From an uncultured Candidatus Saccharibacteria bacterium (GTDB lineage Bacteria > Patescibacteriota > Minisyncoccia > Phycocordibacterales > UBA918): DNA of 64,000 bases. Numbering within the stretch: the stretch's first letter is position 1; each line of letters opens with the position of its first letter. This document shows, in pieces, positions 26,051 through 36,599 of the stretch. The DNA lies in assembly GCA_964611205.1 (NCBI GenBank), contig CAZSZB010000001.1, forward strand, positions 123,144 to 187,143, read 5' to 3'. The position numbers and the translations under genes are program-made. Below the pieces are notes generated by a model. That model worked only from the letters and a program-made list of their open reading frames with translations, was not told the origin of the DNA and made no database searches.

Positions 26051-27133
26051 ATGGATATTCTACAGATGTTAGCAGTATTGCTATTGATAGTCGTTTTGCT
26101 TATTTTGCTTTATGACTCTTTTCTAAAACCTGAAAAAAAATCAGATGACAAAGGTATGTTGCTGTTGCAACAACAATTACAACAGCTTACAGACACGATG
26201 GACCGCAAGATTGGGGAAGCTAATAAATCAATGCAAGAGGGGAGCCGGCTGCAATTTAGAGAGAGTAAAGAACTGATTCAGGAAATAAATCGGGAAGTAA
26301 ATGAGCAACTTCGAGGAGTAATTAAGGGAGTGTCTGAGGTGCAGGAAAGTTCCAAGCAAGTCTTTACGGTGGCAGAGCAGTTACAGAACCTCGAAAAAGT
26401 TTTAAAGCACCAAAAACAACGTGGTAATTTGGGAGAAGCCAGTTTGCAACTTGCTCTAGAAAATATCCTAGATGCCACTTCATTCGAGATGCAACACCTC
26501 TTCCCGGGTGGTGAAACGGTAGATGCGGTGATATTCACAAAGGAAGGAATGATTCCGATTGATGCTAAGTTTTCTCTCGATAATTATCGTCGATTGGTTG
26601 ATGAAACCAATGAGCAACAAAAAGAAATTTTAGAAAAAGAATTCAAGAATGATCTAAAAAAGCGTATTGATGAAACAGCAAAATACATCCGCCCTAAAGA
26701 CGGCACTTTACCATTTGCCTTTATGTATATTCCAGCGGAAGCGATCTATTATGATCTCTTGGTCAATGAAGTCGGTTCAGTGAAAATTAATACCCGTAGT
26801 TTGATTGATTACGCTTATAAAGATAAAAACGTGATTATTGTCTCACCGACGACTTTCGCTGCATACTTGCAATCAGTTCTTTATGGTTTCCGGGCTTTCA
26901 AGATAGAGGAAGGGGCTAAGGAGATCCAGAAGAATGTCGAAAAGTTATCTCGTCACCTGCAGGCCTATAACCAGTATTTTGAAAAATTAGGTAACACTCT
27001 AGGTACTACAGTTAATCATTACAATACGGCTAGTAAAGAATTAGGTAAAATCGAAAAAGATGTCACGAAGATCACTGGCGCCAGTCCAGAAATAGAAATC
27101 TTAACACTCGATAAACCATCTCAATCAGATTAA
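26051..27133 (+). CDS. rmuC: DNA recombination protein RmuC
   Basis: An N-terminal TM and a coiled coil are followed by the conserved RmuC C-terminal nuclease-like domain. Confidence 0.85.
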   Translation: MDILQMLAVLLLIVVLLILLYDSFLKPEKKSDDKGMLLLQQQLQQLTDTMDRKIGEANKSMQEGSRLQFRESKELIQEINREVNEQLRGVIKGVSEVQESSKQVFTVAEQLQNLEKVLKHQKQRGNLGEASLQLALENILDATSFEMQHLFPGGETVDAVIFTKEGMIPIDAKFSLDNYRRLVDETNEQQKEILEKEFKNDLKKRIDETAKYIRPKDGTLPFAFMYIPAEAIYYDLLVNEVGSVKINTRSLIDYAYKDKNVIIVSPTTFAAYLQSVLYGFRAFKIEEGAKEIQKNVEKLSRHLQAYNQYFEKLGNTLGTTVNHYNTASKELGKIEKDVTKITGASPEIEILTLDKPSQSD

Positions 27134-27143
27134 TTTGACTTGA

Positions 27144-27181
27144 AAAATGCCCCATACTGAGACATTTCTCAGTATGGGGCA
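27144..27181. terminator. Perfect 14-bp-stem hairpin terminator (GCCCCATACTGAGA-CATT-TCTCAGTATGGGGC)
   Basis: It lies between convergent rmuC and the 27207..27572 gene. An A-run precedes it, and a T-run follows on the minus strand. Confidence 0.75.
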
Positions 27182-27206
27182 TGAGTCTGTGGTCGCTCCA
27201 CGTCTT

Positions 27207-27572
27207 TCAAAGAGGGCGCATTGGAGGGACTCGTCTTGCTTTGAGTCGAGTTTCCAGGCAGTCTTTCTCTTTGAAAAAAACCCGAGCATAACTGACAAAT
27301 GAGGCCTGTTGGTTGGCGGTTAAGCCAATACAGGGCACATATACATTCCAGACCACTATTCTATCCTTCGCTAAAGTCCAGAGTTGAACCTCTTTCCGGA
27401 AACGGATCCGGTATTTCATACCTCTTATCTTGTTGTTCTCAACGCTGAGGGTCAGGTTTTCTGGTCCGCATATGTATGAGTGCAAAGGTAAGGCTGAAAG
27501 ATTGGTAATCCAGCGCTTTTTCAATTGTGGCATCTTGATGACGATCGTGCAGTCGAGTTTCTGAGTCATTAG
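27207..27572 (-). CDS. Hypothetical protein (121 aa) in a GC-rich islet
   Basis: SD GGGAGAAGGG upstream of the ATG (MTQKLDCTIV...). GC is ~47%. The track ORF is trimmed to this start. Confidence 0.5.
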   Translation of the reverse strand, partial: LMTQKLDCTIVIKMPQLKKRWITNLSALPLHSYICGPENLTLSVENNKIRGMKYRIRFRKEVQLWTLAKDRIVVWNVYVPCIGLTANQQASFVSYARVFFKEKDCLETRLKARRVPPMRPL

Positions 27573-27732
27573 TAGAACCCTTCTCCCTGGTTGCAGGTCT
27601 GTTGCAAATTTACAATATCCTATTGCAAAATACAAGTTTTTCTTGTACTATTTGGCTCATTATTGTTTCTAGAGTAGTTATTGCCACCCGATCAGCAGTG
27701 ACGTTTAGATGATAAATATTTAATTTATAAAC

Positions 27733-28050
27733 ATGGTAAACAAAGAAGATAATTTTGCAGTAATTGAAACTGGAGGAAAACAATATATTGTTTCTACTGG
27801 CGATATTCTTGATATTGAATTACTAGACGGCAACTTAGAAGAAGGGGCTGTTGTGGAATTCGATCAGGTATTAATGAAAAACGACAAGGTAGGTACTCCT
27901 TTAGTTGAAGGAACCAAAGTTAAGGCTAAACTGTTGGGTGAGAAGAAAGGAAAGAAAATTTCTATACTACGCTTCAAAGCTAAGAGTAATCGTAGCCGAA
28001 AACAGGGACACCGCCAAAAATACTCCCGGGTAGAAATCACAGCTATTTAA
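27733..28050 (+). CDS. rplU: 50S ribosomal protein L21
   Basis: FAVIETGGKQY motif. Confidence 0.9.
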   Translation: MVNKEDNFAVIETGGKQYIVSTGDILDIELLDGNLEEGAVVEFDQVLMKNDKVGTPLVEGTKVKAKLLGEKKGKKISILRFKAKSNRSRKQGHRQKYSRVEITAI

Positions 28051-28051
28051 C

Positions 28052-28081
28052 AAAAAGCCGCTCATGAGAGCGGCTTTTTGT
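28052..28081 (+). terminator. Rho-independent terminator after rplU
   Basis: AAAAAGCCGCTC-ATGA-GAGCGGCTTTTT. Confidence 0.8.
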
Positions 28082-28094
28082 TATAATAAATATT

Positions 28095-28433
28095 ATGGAA
28101 AGTTTAGATAAAGAAAGTATAGAGAGTAATAAAAATCGTCAAAATGAGTTAGCTCATAAGATAAGAGAATTTAAAAATCAGATAGTCGATTCTCGAGATA
28201 TAGATAAAATATTGAAATTGAATGATTTAATAATTGATTGGGATAAAAATCTGAAAGCAGAATGTCGAGAAAGGTTTGGCTCTACACAGGGGTTGCAAGC
28301 GGTTAAAGGCTGGCAAGTGCTGGTTGGTGGTTCAGAGGAAGAAGAGAATGATAGATTAGATTCTAGACAGAGAGATTTTTTATTAAACGCAGTCGAAAAA
28401 TTTTACGAAGAATTAGAGGAAATGAATTGGTAA
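28095..28433 (+). CDS. Hypothetical acidic coiled-coil protein (112 aa)
   Basis: A clean ORF with host-like composition and no recognisable family. Confidence 0.4.
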   Translation: MESLDKESIESNKNRQNELAHKIREFKNQIVDSRDIDKILKLNDLIIDWDKNLKAECRERFGSTQGLQAVKGWQVLVGGSEEEENDRLDSRQRDFLLNAVEKFYEELEEMNW

Positions 28434-28455
28434 ATATAACTGGTACAAAATTAAA

Positions 28456-29070
28456 TTAACCCCGATTTTTCCAAGCACTCTTTATCGTCTCTGGATCAGC
28501 GTATTCTAATTCTGATCCGGTAGATAAACCTCTACCTAATTGGGACACGGTTAATTTATTTTCCTCTACCTCTGTTTGTAATAATTTTTCTATATAACGA
28601 GTAGTGTTTTCACCGTCAGGATTGACCGCAAAGGCCAGTACAATCTCCTTCAATCCGCTTTTAACTCTATCTTGAACAATAGCTCGCAAAGCTCCACTAC
28701 GCAGCTTGTTGGCTTCTTTAGACTCAAGGAGGGGTACTTTACCACCAAGGACGAAATACAAACCGTTGTAAACACCGGATCTCTCTATAGGGATGATATC
28801 GCTGTCTCTTTCAACTACTAAAAGCTCGGTAGTATCTCTGTTAGGGTCAGAGCAAATATTACACTCGGTAGCTTTACCATTTTGTGAAAAAAAACGGTGA
28901 CAACTATGGCACTCAGTCACATTGTCTTGCAAGGAGGTGATTAATCTAGCTATTTCTGTTACGTCTGCTTTAGGTAAAGTAAGGATATGAAATGAAAATC
29001 TGCGAGCTTGACGTCCACCAACTCCAGGGAATTGTTCAAAATAGGTATTCAGTTTGTCCAGATTACTCAT
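28456..29070 (-). CDS. recR: Recombination protein RecR
   Basis: HhH N-terminus, C4 zinc finger (CHSCHRFF...CNICSD) and a Toprim domain are present. Confidence 0.9.
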   Translation of the reverse strand: MSNLDKLNTYFEQFPGVGGRQARRFSFHILTLPKADVTEIARLITSLQDNVTECHSCHRFFSQNGKATECNICSDPNRDTTELLVVERDSDIIPIERSGVYNGLYFVLGGKVPLLESKEANKLRSGALRAIVQDRVKSGLKEIVLAFAVNPDGENTTRYIEKLLQTEVEENKLTVSQLGRGLSTGSELEYADPETIKSAWKNRG

Positions 29071-29119
29071 AGGTTAATTAAATATATAAAGGCAACAAAA
29101 AATCTCAAATTAATTCGTT

Positions 29120-30520
29120 CTAGAAATCATCATCAGGAATAGCAGCGCCAGCGCTGTGTTGGTTGTCGAGATTTAAGAAACGTACATGTTGGCCGTCAAA
29201 GTATAATTCACAGCTACCAACAGGACCATTGCGATGTTTTTCTACCATTATTTCAGCGATGTTTGGCCGTTCTGATTCTTTATTGATTTTGTCTTCGCGA
29301 TGAATAAACATCACCACGTCAGCGTCTTGCTCAATAGATCCAGAGTCTCGCAAGTCGGATAGGCGAGGTTTGCCACCGCGCTGCTCAACCGCACGAGATA
29401 ACTGTGATAAAGCTAATACAGGTACTTCTAATTCGCGAGCCAACTGTTTAAGTGACCGAGAAATTTCGGTAACCTGCTGCACCATCGAATCGCTGGCTTT
29501 AGAAGCAGTAGGATGCATAAGTTGCAGGTAATCGACAATCAGTAAGTCCAGCCCGTGTTCGTTCTTTAGCCGTCTAGCAGAGGAACGCATCTTGAGAATG
29601 TTTGTACCTGGTTGATCATCAATATGAATAGAAGCTTCAGAGAGTTTTGCCATCGCTGTCTGGACAGCCTCAAATTCCTGATCGGTTCGTAATTTCCCAG
29701 TTCGTAATTTCCAAGAGTCCACCCCAGCTTCAGCCGCTAACATACGGTCAACCAACTGTTGGTCGCTCATCTCAAGAGAAAAGATACCGACTTTCGCACC
29801 GTGTTGTAAGGCTGCATTACGCGCTAGATCGAGGGCAAAGGTAGTTTTTCCCATTGAAGGTCGGGCAGCTAATATTATCAAGTCCGATTTTTGTAACCCG
29901 GCCAAGATATTATCGAGTGACCCAAAACCGGTAGGGACACCTCTTTTTTCATTCTGGTTAGCACTAAGATACTCGAAACGTTCCCAGGCTTCTGATAATG
30001 AAGAACCAATGGTTTTAAACTTTTGTGAGGTTGTAGAATTTGTGACTCCGTATACTTTTTTCTCAGCTTGATCTAATGTTTCATCTATATTTTCAGGGTC
30101 AGAAAATCCAAGCTCAGCTATATCGTCAGCAGCGTTGATTAGGCCGCGTAAAATAGCCCTAGACTGGACCACTTCTCCGTAGTAATTAGCATTACTGGCG
30201 GCTGGAACTTGTTCTACTAATTCCGTTATATAACTAGCTCCGCCAACTCTTTCTAATTGGTTATTGCTCTTGAGTTTATTGGTAATCGAAAGCATGTCTA
30301 TAGGATCACCTTTAGTGAAGACTTCCAAGATAGCGCGATAGATTTCACGATGTTTATCAGCATAAAAACTCTCAGGATAAACCATTGTAGAAATATCATG
30401 CATAACTTCTGGCTTGAGGATAATGGCTCCAATGAGAGCTTTTTCAGCCTCTATATTATGTGGCGGAGTACGCAAACTGCGGTTAGTTTTAGGAGGTTCA
30501 GATTTACCATAAGTGGCCAT
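29120..30520 (-). CDS. dnaB: Replicative DNA helicase DnaB
   Basis: N-terminal DnaB domain NIEAEKALIGAIIL, Walker A GKTTFALD and the RecA-like C-terminus are present. There is no intein. Confidence 0.92.
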   Translation of the reverse strand: MATYGKSEPPKTNRSLRTPPHNIEAEKALIGAIILKPEVMHDISTMVYPESFYADKHREIYRAILEVFTKGDPIDMLSITNKLKSNNQLERVGGASYITELVEQVPAASNANYYGEVVQSRAILRGLINAADDIAELGFSDPENIDETLDQAEKKVYGVTNSTTSQKFKTIGSSLSEAWERFEYLSANQNEKRGVPTGFGSLDNILAGLQKSDLIILAARPSMGKTTFALDLARNAALQHGAKVGIFSLEMSDQQLVDRMLAAEAGVDSWKLRTGKLRTDQEFEAVQTAMAKLSEASIHIDDQPGTNILKMRSSARRLKNEHGLDLLIVDYLQLMHPTASKASDSMVQQVTEISRSLKQLARELEVPVLALSQLSRAVEQRGGKPRLSDLRDSGSIEQDADVVMFIHREDKINKESERPNIAEIMVEKHRNGPVGSCELYFDGQHVRFLNLDNQHSAGAAIPDDDF

Positions 30521-30619
30521 AGTGAGAACATTCTATCACGGATTTTAGATTGACGTTTTTCTGAAAACTGTGTGCAAAAAGGGGAAGAGCTGTGTATAAA
30601 AACAGAGCAAAGAATCTTT

Positions 30620-32068
30620 CTATTTTTTGGTTATTGTTGAGCCTGTAGCATTGTCTACCACATTGTAACCAAGTGCCTCGATTTGCTCCCGTAGCTTATC
30701 AGCTTCAGTCCAGTCAGCATTTGTTCGGCTTACTTCTCGTTTTGTTACTAGTTCTTGTACCTCAGATGGTAGTTCGTCTTCATCTAGATAACCTAATTTC
30801 TCGCTGCCTTCTTTATTGGATAAGGATAAACCTAAGCCTAAGACCGCATCACATTCTTGAATTGTTATTTTCTTCTCACCGTCGCTTACATCATCGTCTT
30901 TGACTAGTTGCCAGATTAGAGCGATGGATTTAGGGGTGTCTAAGTCATCATTAACAGCGGAAATGAATTGTTTGTAATATTGTTCATTGAGTTCTCCTTT
31001 AGCATCTGCCCAATCAATATAGATTAATCTTTGCAAGCGGTTGAGTGCTTGTTTGGCTCCATTTAAGGCCTCTAAGTTGACGTTCACTTGTGTACGGTAG
31101 TGTGAGGTTAAAAGCCAATAGCGGTAATCTTCGCCGGAGAATCCTTGTTTTTTTAAATCTGCTAAATAAATAGCGTTACCTTCTGATTTTGAAATCTTAG
31201 AATCGTTTATCTGTAGGTGTTCGTTATGCATCCAGTATTTAGCAAACCTTTTTCCTGTAGCAGCTTCACTTTGAGCAATCTCACCATTATGATGAGTCGA
31301 AATATGATCAACGCCGCCTGTATGAATATCTATTTGCTTACCTAAAGTAGCAAAAGCCATTGCCGAACACTCTATATGCCAACCAGGGAAGCCTGTACCC
31401 CATTTACTCTCCCAACCTAAATCACCCTTCTTCCAAACCGCGAAATCAGCCGGATGTTTTTTTTCAGGATTCTCTTCAACTCGGCAGCCGCTTTGTAGAG
31501 CATCAATGTTTATGTTGCCTAAGCGACCATAGGTAGGGAATTTGCTAACATCAAAATAGACGCCATCACTAGTTTCATAAGTGTAGCCTTTTTCAGCTAA
31601 TGTTTCGATCAACTTTATTTGTTCTTTTATGTAATCGCTGGCTCTGGAGTATTGAGTTGGCGGTAGGTTGTTAAGAGTTTCCATATCTTCTTTGAAAGCA
31701 GTAATATATCTATTTGCTAGAGTCAGCATATTTTCTAGTGTAATCGGTAAACCTTCGCGCCGTAATCCTTTCATCATTTTATCGTCTCCAGAATCTGCAT
31801 CAGAAGTGAGATGTCCAAAATCGGTTAAGTTAATAGTGTTGTTTACTGAGTAACCATTAATCAGAAGGACTCTTTTTAAAATATCTACGAACACATAGGC
31901 TCTGAGATTGCCAATATGGGCATAATCATAAACCGTAGGCCCACAGGAATACATTTTCACTTCTCTTTTCTGCATTGGCTCAAAAATTTCCAAAGAACGA
32001 GTTTCGGTATTATAGACTTTAAGGTCAGAAGCAGTTTGCCCGTTTGCGGATTTTAAAAATTTAAACAT
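30620..32068 (-). CDS. cysS: Cysteinyl-tRNA synthetase
   Basis: MYSCGPTVYDYAHIGN (HIGH-class) and KISKS motifs are present. Confidence 0.92.
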   Translation of the reverse strand: MFKFLKSANGQTASDLKVYNTETRSLEIFEPMQKREVKMYSCGPTVYDYAHIGNLRAYVFVDILKRVLLINGYSVNNTINLTDFGHLTSDADSGDDKMMKGLRREGLPITLENMLTLANRYITAFKEDMETLNNLPPTQYSRASDYIKEQIKLIETLAEKGYTYETSDGVYFDVSKFPTYGRLGNINIDALQSGCRVEENPEKKHPADFAVWKKGDLGWESKWGTGFPGWHIECSAMAFATLGKQIDIHTGGVDHISTHHNGEIAQSEAATGKRFAKYWMHNEHLQINDSKISKSEGNAIYLADLKKQGFSGEDYRYWLLTSHYRTQVNVNLEALNGAKQALNRLQRLIYIDWADAKGELNEQYYKQFISAVNDDLDTPKSIALIWQLVKDDDVSDGEKKITIQECDAVLGLGLSLSNKEGSEKLGYLDEDELPSEVQELVTKREVSRTNADWTEADKLREQIEALGYNVVDNATGSTITKK

Positions 32069-32128
32069 ATTTATTATTTTAACAGATATTTAAGAGGAAT
32101 GATTTTGGTTTAAATATTTGCTAAAAAG

Positions 32129-33049
32129 TTAAAACCAACGTTTATATCTAAAGAAAACAAAGAAGGAAATAGAGACTATTATCATTATCCCAACGATCAT
32201 CCAGAAGTCATTTTGTCTACCAATAATAGGGGTGGTGGTGGTATTCATTCCGAACATAGAAGTAAAGAGAGTAAGAGGGAAGGTGATAAAAGCTAGAATT
32301 GTAAACATTTTCATAACCTCATTTTGTTTGGTGCTCAATAAAGCATTATTGGTATCGCGCAAATCTTCCACGGCGCTAATTAGAGAATAAGTTCTTCTGT
32401 TAACACTACGATAATGGTGCTCCATATTAAGTACATCATCAGTGTAATTCCCCGGGAAAGCGACCTTAATCAATTCATGCAAATGTTCCAGAGCCTTCTC
32501 ATGTGAACCGACCGCTTGTTTGAAGCCAATAAGTCGTCTAGTTAGATGAGAAATTTCAAAAACCATTTCACGTTCCTGGTTATTGAAAACTCCTTCTTCG
32601 ACGTCAGCTATTTTAGCTTCGATGTAATCGAGCTTTGTGTGCAAGGTGGTGTAAAGATGACTCAGTAGTGTGAAAAATAACCCGGTAGTTTTAATTTGTC
32701 GCTTATCGGAAACTTGATTATTGAGCATACACATAACCTCGAACTCTTTCCCAAAATAATGTATAGCTTCAATATCTTCAAAACGGAACGTTATCAGATA
32801 TTTATTAGTAACTATGAATTTTATTTCATGAGGATGACTGATGTCTGTTCTTTTAACGATAGGGAAGTCGAGAGTAATTTTCAGGGTTCCTTTTCTAGCT
32901 AGAGCTTCAGTACGAGGATTGGTAGTAGTGAGATCATTAGCTAATTCTAAAGGAATTTTACACTCAGAAACTATGTCTCGGATTTCCTCTACAGTAGGGT
33001 TTGAAACATCTAACCAGGTAAGATTGTTGTGTTTGTAACGATTTATCAT
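32129..33049 (-). CDS. corA: Magnesium/cobalt transporter CorA
   Basis: GMN motif (MFGMN) and two C-terminal TM helices. Confidence 0.85.
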   Translation of the reverse strand: MINRYKHNNLTWLDVSNPTVEEIRDIVSECKIPLELANDLTTTNPRTEALARKGTLKITLDFPIVKRTDISHPHEIKFIVTNKYLITFRFEDIEAIHYFGKEFEVMCMLNNQVSDKRQIKTTGLFFTLLSHLYTTLHTKLDYIEAKIADVEEGVFNNQEREMVFEISHLTRRLIGFKQAVGSHEKALEHLHELIKVAFPGNYTDDVLNMEHHYRSVNRRTYSLISAVEDLRDTNNALLSTKQNEVMKMFTILAFITFPLTLFTSMFGMNTTTTPIIGRQNDFWMIVGIMIIVSISFFVFFRYKRWF

Positions 33050-33149
33050 AGTAAAGAACTAGGTAATGCAAATATTATTACTGTTATTTTATCATGCATT
33101 AACAGGTTACATTTTGAGTTGTGCAGGGTATTATGTAATAATTTAGAGC

Positions 33150-34487
33150 ATGATTAAAAAAGAACCAGGTGAGCAAAATAACGAGATAAAATTGATTGAG
33201 GGAAACCACCCCGGACGCCTTATGCTGGGTAGTGGTTTAGCAGTCCTCTTAGCGATAGCAGCCTTTTTCTCAGGTTTACAAATTGGTTCTTTTGCTGACC
33301 AAGAAGATTTGCAAACAGCCAGCTTGTTCTCTTTGTTCTATTCTCCAAAAGTGGTAACTGAAGAAGCTGATCTAAAAGAGTTTTGGAAAGTTTGGAACTT
33401 GTTAGATGAAAAATTTGCGATGTCATCTTCTTCAGAAGCTATTACTACTGAAGAAAAAATTAACGGAGCTATTAAAGGATTAGTTCGTACTTACGGCGAT
33501 CCTTACACTGTATATTTACCAGCTGATGATGCAGCAATGTTTGAAGATGACATTTCCGGTAATTTCAGCGGGGTAGGAATGGAGGTTGGAATGAGAGAAG
33601 GACTGATTACAGTTATTTCTCCATTACAAAACACTCCAGCAGATAAGGCTGGCGTAAAGTCAGGTGATAAAATAGTCAAAATTGACGGTCAATCAACTGA
33701 GAATATGTCCATCGATCAGGCTGTTCGCTTAATCAGAGGAGAAGCTAATACGACAGTAACACTTACACTATACCGAAAAAGTGAACCTGATTTTATAGAA
33801 ATTCCAGTAGTTAGAGCTAATATCAATATCCCAACTGTCGATACTGAAATCAAGGATGATGTCTTCATTATTTCTTTATACAGTTTTAACGCAGTAGCGG
33901 AAGAAAAAATGCAAGAGGCTATGCAAGAGTATATTGATAGTGGTCTAACAAAACTAGTGTTGGACTTGCGTGGTAATCCTGGTGGTTTCCTCCAAAGCGC
34001 CGTATCAATAGCTTCATATTTCTTGCCAGCTGGAAAAGTCGTAGTTCAGGAAGGTTTTGGTGATGGTAGCGAAGATAAGCTGTACCGTAGCAGTAGTCGT
34101 AGTTTAGGTAAAAATATTCCAAAAGAAATGGTAATTCTTATCGATGGTGGTTCAGCTTCTGCCTCTGAGATTTTAGCCGGAGCGTTAAGAGAGCATGGAG
34201 TGGCTACCTTGATGGGTGATACAACCTTCGGTAAGGGTTCAGTTCAAGAATTAATTGCTTTACCAAGCAAGGCATCTTTGAAGGTTACAATTGCTCGCTG
34301 GTTCACGCCTGAAGGTAAGTCAATTTCAGAAGGAGGCTTAAACCCAGATATCTTTGTTAAGCAAGAAGAGAAAGATACTAACGCTAATATAGACTCACAA
34401 CTGGAAGCTGCTATCGAGTGGTTGCGAGGGAATAAAAATGTTGGAGCCACCACAAAAACTTCGTTACTAACTGATTTTGCAAACTAA
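33150..34487 (+). CDS. ctpA: Carboxy-terminal processing protease (S41 family, PDZ domain)
   Basis: N-terminal TM, PDZ domain and the S41 catalytic motifs GGFLQSAV and TFGKGSVQ are present. Confidence 0.85.
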   Translation: MIKKEPGEQNNEIKLIEGNHPGRLMLGSGLAVLLAIAAFFSGLQIGSFADQEDLQTASLFSLFYSPKVVTEEADLKEFWKVWNLLDEKFAMSSSSEAITTEEKINGAIKGLVRTYGDPYTVYLPADDAAMFEDDISGNFSGVGMEVGMREGLITVISPLQNTPADKAGVKSGDKIVKIDGQSTENMSIDQAVRLIRGEANTTVTLTLYRKSEPDFIEIPVVRANINIPTVDTEIKDDVFIISLYSFNAVAEEKMQEAMQEYIDSGLTKLVLDLRGNPGGFLQSAVSIASYFLPAGKVVVQEGFGDGSEDKLYRSSSRSLGKNIPKEMVILIDGGSASASEILAGALREHGVATLMGDTTFGKGSVQELIALPSKASLKVTIARWFTPEGKSISEGGLNPDIFVKQEEKDTNANIDSQLEAAIEWLRGNKNVGATTKTSLLTDFAN

Positions 34488-34598
34488 AGATTTTTGCTAT
34501 ATTTACTTAAATCAGAGGTTTTCTTTGGTTGGTATATTGTAGATACTATGTGCTATAGTAGCGTTCATAAATAAATTAACAATTTAATCATTAACAGA

Positions 34599-35042
34599 AT
34601 GAAAGTAATTCTTTTACAGGATGTAGCCAAAATTGGGCGACGACATGATGTTGTTACCGTAGCCGATGGTTACGGTCTTAATAAGTTAATTCCACAAGGT
34701 TTAGCAGAAATGGCTACGCCAGCTAATTTAAGAAAAGTTGCTACAAAATCAGCTCAAAATATGGCCTTACGAGAAGCTGCTGATAGCAATTTTTTAGAAA
34801 TTGTCGGTACTTTAGAGGGTAAGGTAATTGATGTTAAAGTTGAAGCCAACGAAGATGGGAAGTTATACCAGGCCTTGAAACTAGAAAATATCATTAAAAG
34901 TGTAGAGGAAGCAGAAGGAGTTAGTCTACTTCCAGAAATGGTAGTCTTAAAAAACCCAGTAAAACAACTCGGGGAGCATAGTATTCATTTAGTGTCTGGA
35001 GATAAAGAAAGTATTTTAATTATCAACGTAATTAAAATATAA
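34599..35042 (+). CDS. rplI: 50S ribosomal protein L9
   Basis: MKVILLQDVAKIG...GYGLNKLIPQGLA. Confidence 0.88.
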   Translation: MKVILLQDVAKIGRRHDVVTVADGYGLNKLIPQGLAEMATPANLRKVATKSAQNMALREAADSNFLEIVGTLEGKVIDVKVEANEDGKLYQALKLENIIKSVEEAEGVSLLPEMVVLKNPVKQLGEHSIHLVSGDKESILIINVIKI

Positions 35043-35050
35043 TTATTTAT

Positions 35051-35764
35051 ATGCCTAATTTCAATATACCGAAATCAATAATAGGTGTCCTAGTCTTCAG
35101 TGCTGTTCTGATCGGGCTACTAACTTGGTTTGCTGAACATGGTATAAATAGAGAACCTGATTTATTGCTTAATAAAAATGGTGAGATTGAAGAATTAGGC
35201 GGTCCACTTACTGCCGAAGAACGAAAGGTTAAACAAGTTGCGATAATAAATAATATGAATCCAATAGCAGTACTAAATACTAATAAAGGGATTATCAAGT
35301 TAGAGCTTTTCGGTGAAGATATGCCGATTACCGTTAGTAACTTCGTTACTTTAGCGGAAGAAGGTTTTTACGACCAAACCAAATTCCACCGAGTTATTGA
35401 TGGCTTTATGATTCAAGGAGGTGATCCTAATTCTAAAAGTAATGATGCGACCAACTACGGAACCGGGGGGCCTGGTTATACTATTGAGGATGAGTTCACA
35501 GAGGGAGAATTATTGACCAATGTCCGAGGAACTATCGCTATGGCTAATACAGGACAGCCTAATTCTGGAGGGAGTCAGTTTTTTATAAACTTGGTAGACA
35601 ACACACCTTTAGATTTTGACAAGGAACCATTTTCATCAAAACATCCCGTATTTGGACGAGTAATTGAAGGGATGGATATCGTCGATGCTATTGCTAAATC
35701 TGAAGTAGGTCAGCGTGATGTGCCTGTTGATCCAATAGTTATTGAATCAGTAGTAATTGAGTAG
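35051..35764 (+). CDS. ppiB: Cyclophilin-type peptidyl-prolyl cis-trans isomerase, membrane anchored
   Basis: FHRVIDGFMIQGGDP and the cyclophilin core are present, with an N-terminal TM. Confidence 0.88.
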   Translation: MPNFNIPKSIIGVLVFSAVLIGLLTWFAEHGINREPDLLLNKNGEIEELGGPLTAEERKVKQVAIINNMNPIAVLNTNKGIIKLELFGEDMPITVSNFVTLAEEGFYDQTKFHRVIDGFMIQGGDPNSKSNDATNYGTGGPGYTIEDEFTEGELLTNVRGTIAMANTGQPNSGGSQFFINLVDNTPLDFDKEPFSSKHPVFGRVIEGMDIVDAIAKSEVGQRDVPVDPIVIESVVIE

Positions 35765-35792
35765 ATATAACTAATAGTAATTGCATAAACGA

Positions 35793-35826
35793 AAAAGCCG
35801 GTGAGCTTCGCTCACCGGCCTTTTCG
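35793..35826. terminator. Bidirectional intrinsic terminator (GCCGGTGAGC-TTCG-GCTCACCGGC)
   Basis: A perfect 10-bp stem flanked by an A-run and a T-run, between convergent ppiB and rpmA. Confidence 0.75.
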
Positions 35827-35839
35827 TCTTATTTTTACT

Positions 35840-36118
35840 TTAAGCAGTAAGTACCTCGACCGCTTTCTTGGTTACAGTTTGACCATCGAATCGAGTTTTA
35901 CGGATATTTTTGAAAGAAACTTTACCGTCTGTCATTGCAAATAGAGTATGATCTCTACCGACTTTAACATTCTTACCGGCTTCTATTTTAGTACCGCGCT
36001 GACGAACAATAACCTGACCAGTCTTGATAGCCTGTCCGTTATTGATTTTTACACCTAGGAATTTAGGTTGTGAATCGCGTAGGTTTTTTGAGCTACCGCC
36101 CGCTTTTTTTGTTGCCAT
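35840..36118 (-). CDS. rpmA: 50S ribosomal protein L27
   Basis: VIVRQRGTK...[14 protein letters not shown]. Confidence 0.9.
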   Translation of the reverse strand: MATKKAGGSSKNLRDSQPKFLGVKINNGQAIKTGQVIVRQRGTKIEAGKNVKVGRDHTLFAMTDGKVSFKNIRKTRFDGQTVTKKAVEVLTA

Positions 36119-36188
36119 ACGTTATAATTTAATTAGCTGGCATAATATACTAGATATTGTCAACTTTATCAACCCTCGTAAGATAACA

Positions 36189-36593
36189 ATGATTCGTAGT
36201 TTCAGAGATAAATTGAATAAGAATTTTCCTATTTTTATTAAAGAAATTATACGTGAGGATGCTACTTATTACGTCACGGTTATCATGCTTGTAGCAGTGG
36301 CTTCTTTTGGTTTGGGGCGAGTTTCTGCTACCGCAGACAACTTTCAGGCTCAAACAGCTACTATTACGCATCTACAGACCCCTGTCTCAGAGAAGCAAAA
36401 ACAAAAACCCCTTATAAATGATTCAAGCTTGCAATACGTAGCTTCAAAAAATGGGTCTAAATATTATCTGCCTTGGTGCTCTGGTGTTAATCGCATCAAG
36501 GACGAAAACAAAGTTTATTTTGAAAGTGAAGATTTAGCTTTGGCCGCTGGGTATACTCCGGCTGCAAACTGCGACTCTCTTAAAGGAAGATAA
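36189..36593 (+). CDS. Membrane-anchored protein with a C-terminal Ada-type metal-binding-like domain
   Basis: YLPWCSG...NKVYFESEDLALAAGYTPAANC resembles the Ada N-terminal Zn-binding domain (PF02805) pattern. The track ORF is trimmed at the M that avoids overlap with rpmA. Confidence 0.5.
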   Translation: MIRSFRDKLNKNFPIFIKEIIREDATYYVTVIMLVAVASFGLGRVSATADNFQAQTATITHLQTPVSEKQKQKPLINDSSLQYVASKNGSKYYLPWCSGVNRIKDENKVYFESEDLALAAGYTPAANCDSLKGR

Positions 36594-36599
36594 TAAAAC

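Noticed and set aside
36024-36188. 5' extension of the Ada-like ORF overlapping rpmA
   Set aside because: The extension runs antisense through the L27 gene. The ORF is trimmed to the first Met downstream of rpmA (36189).
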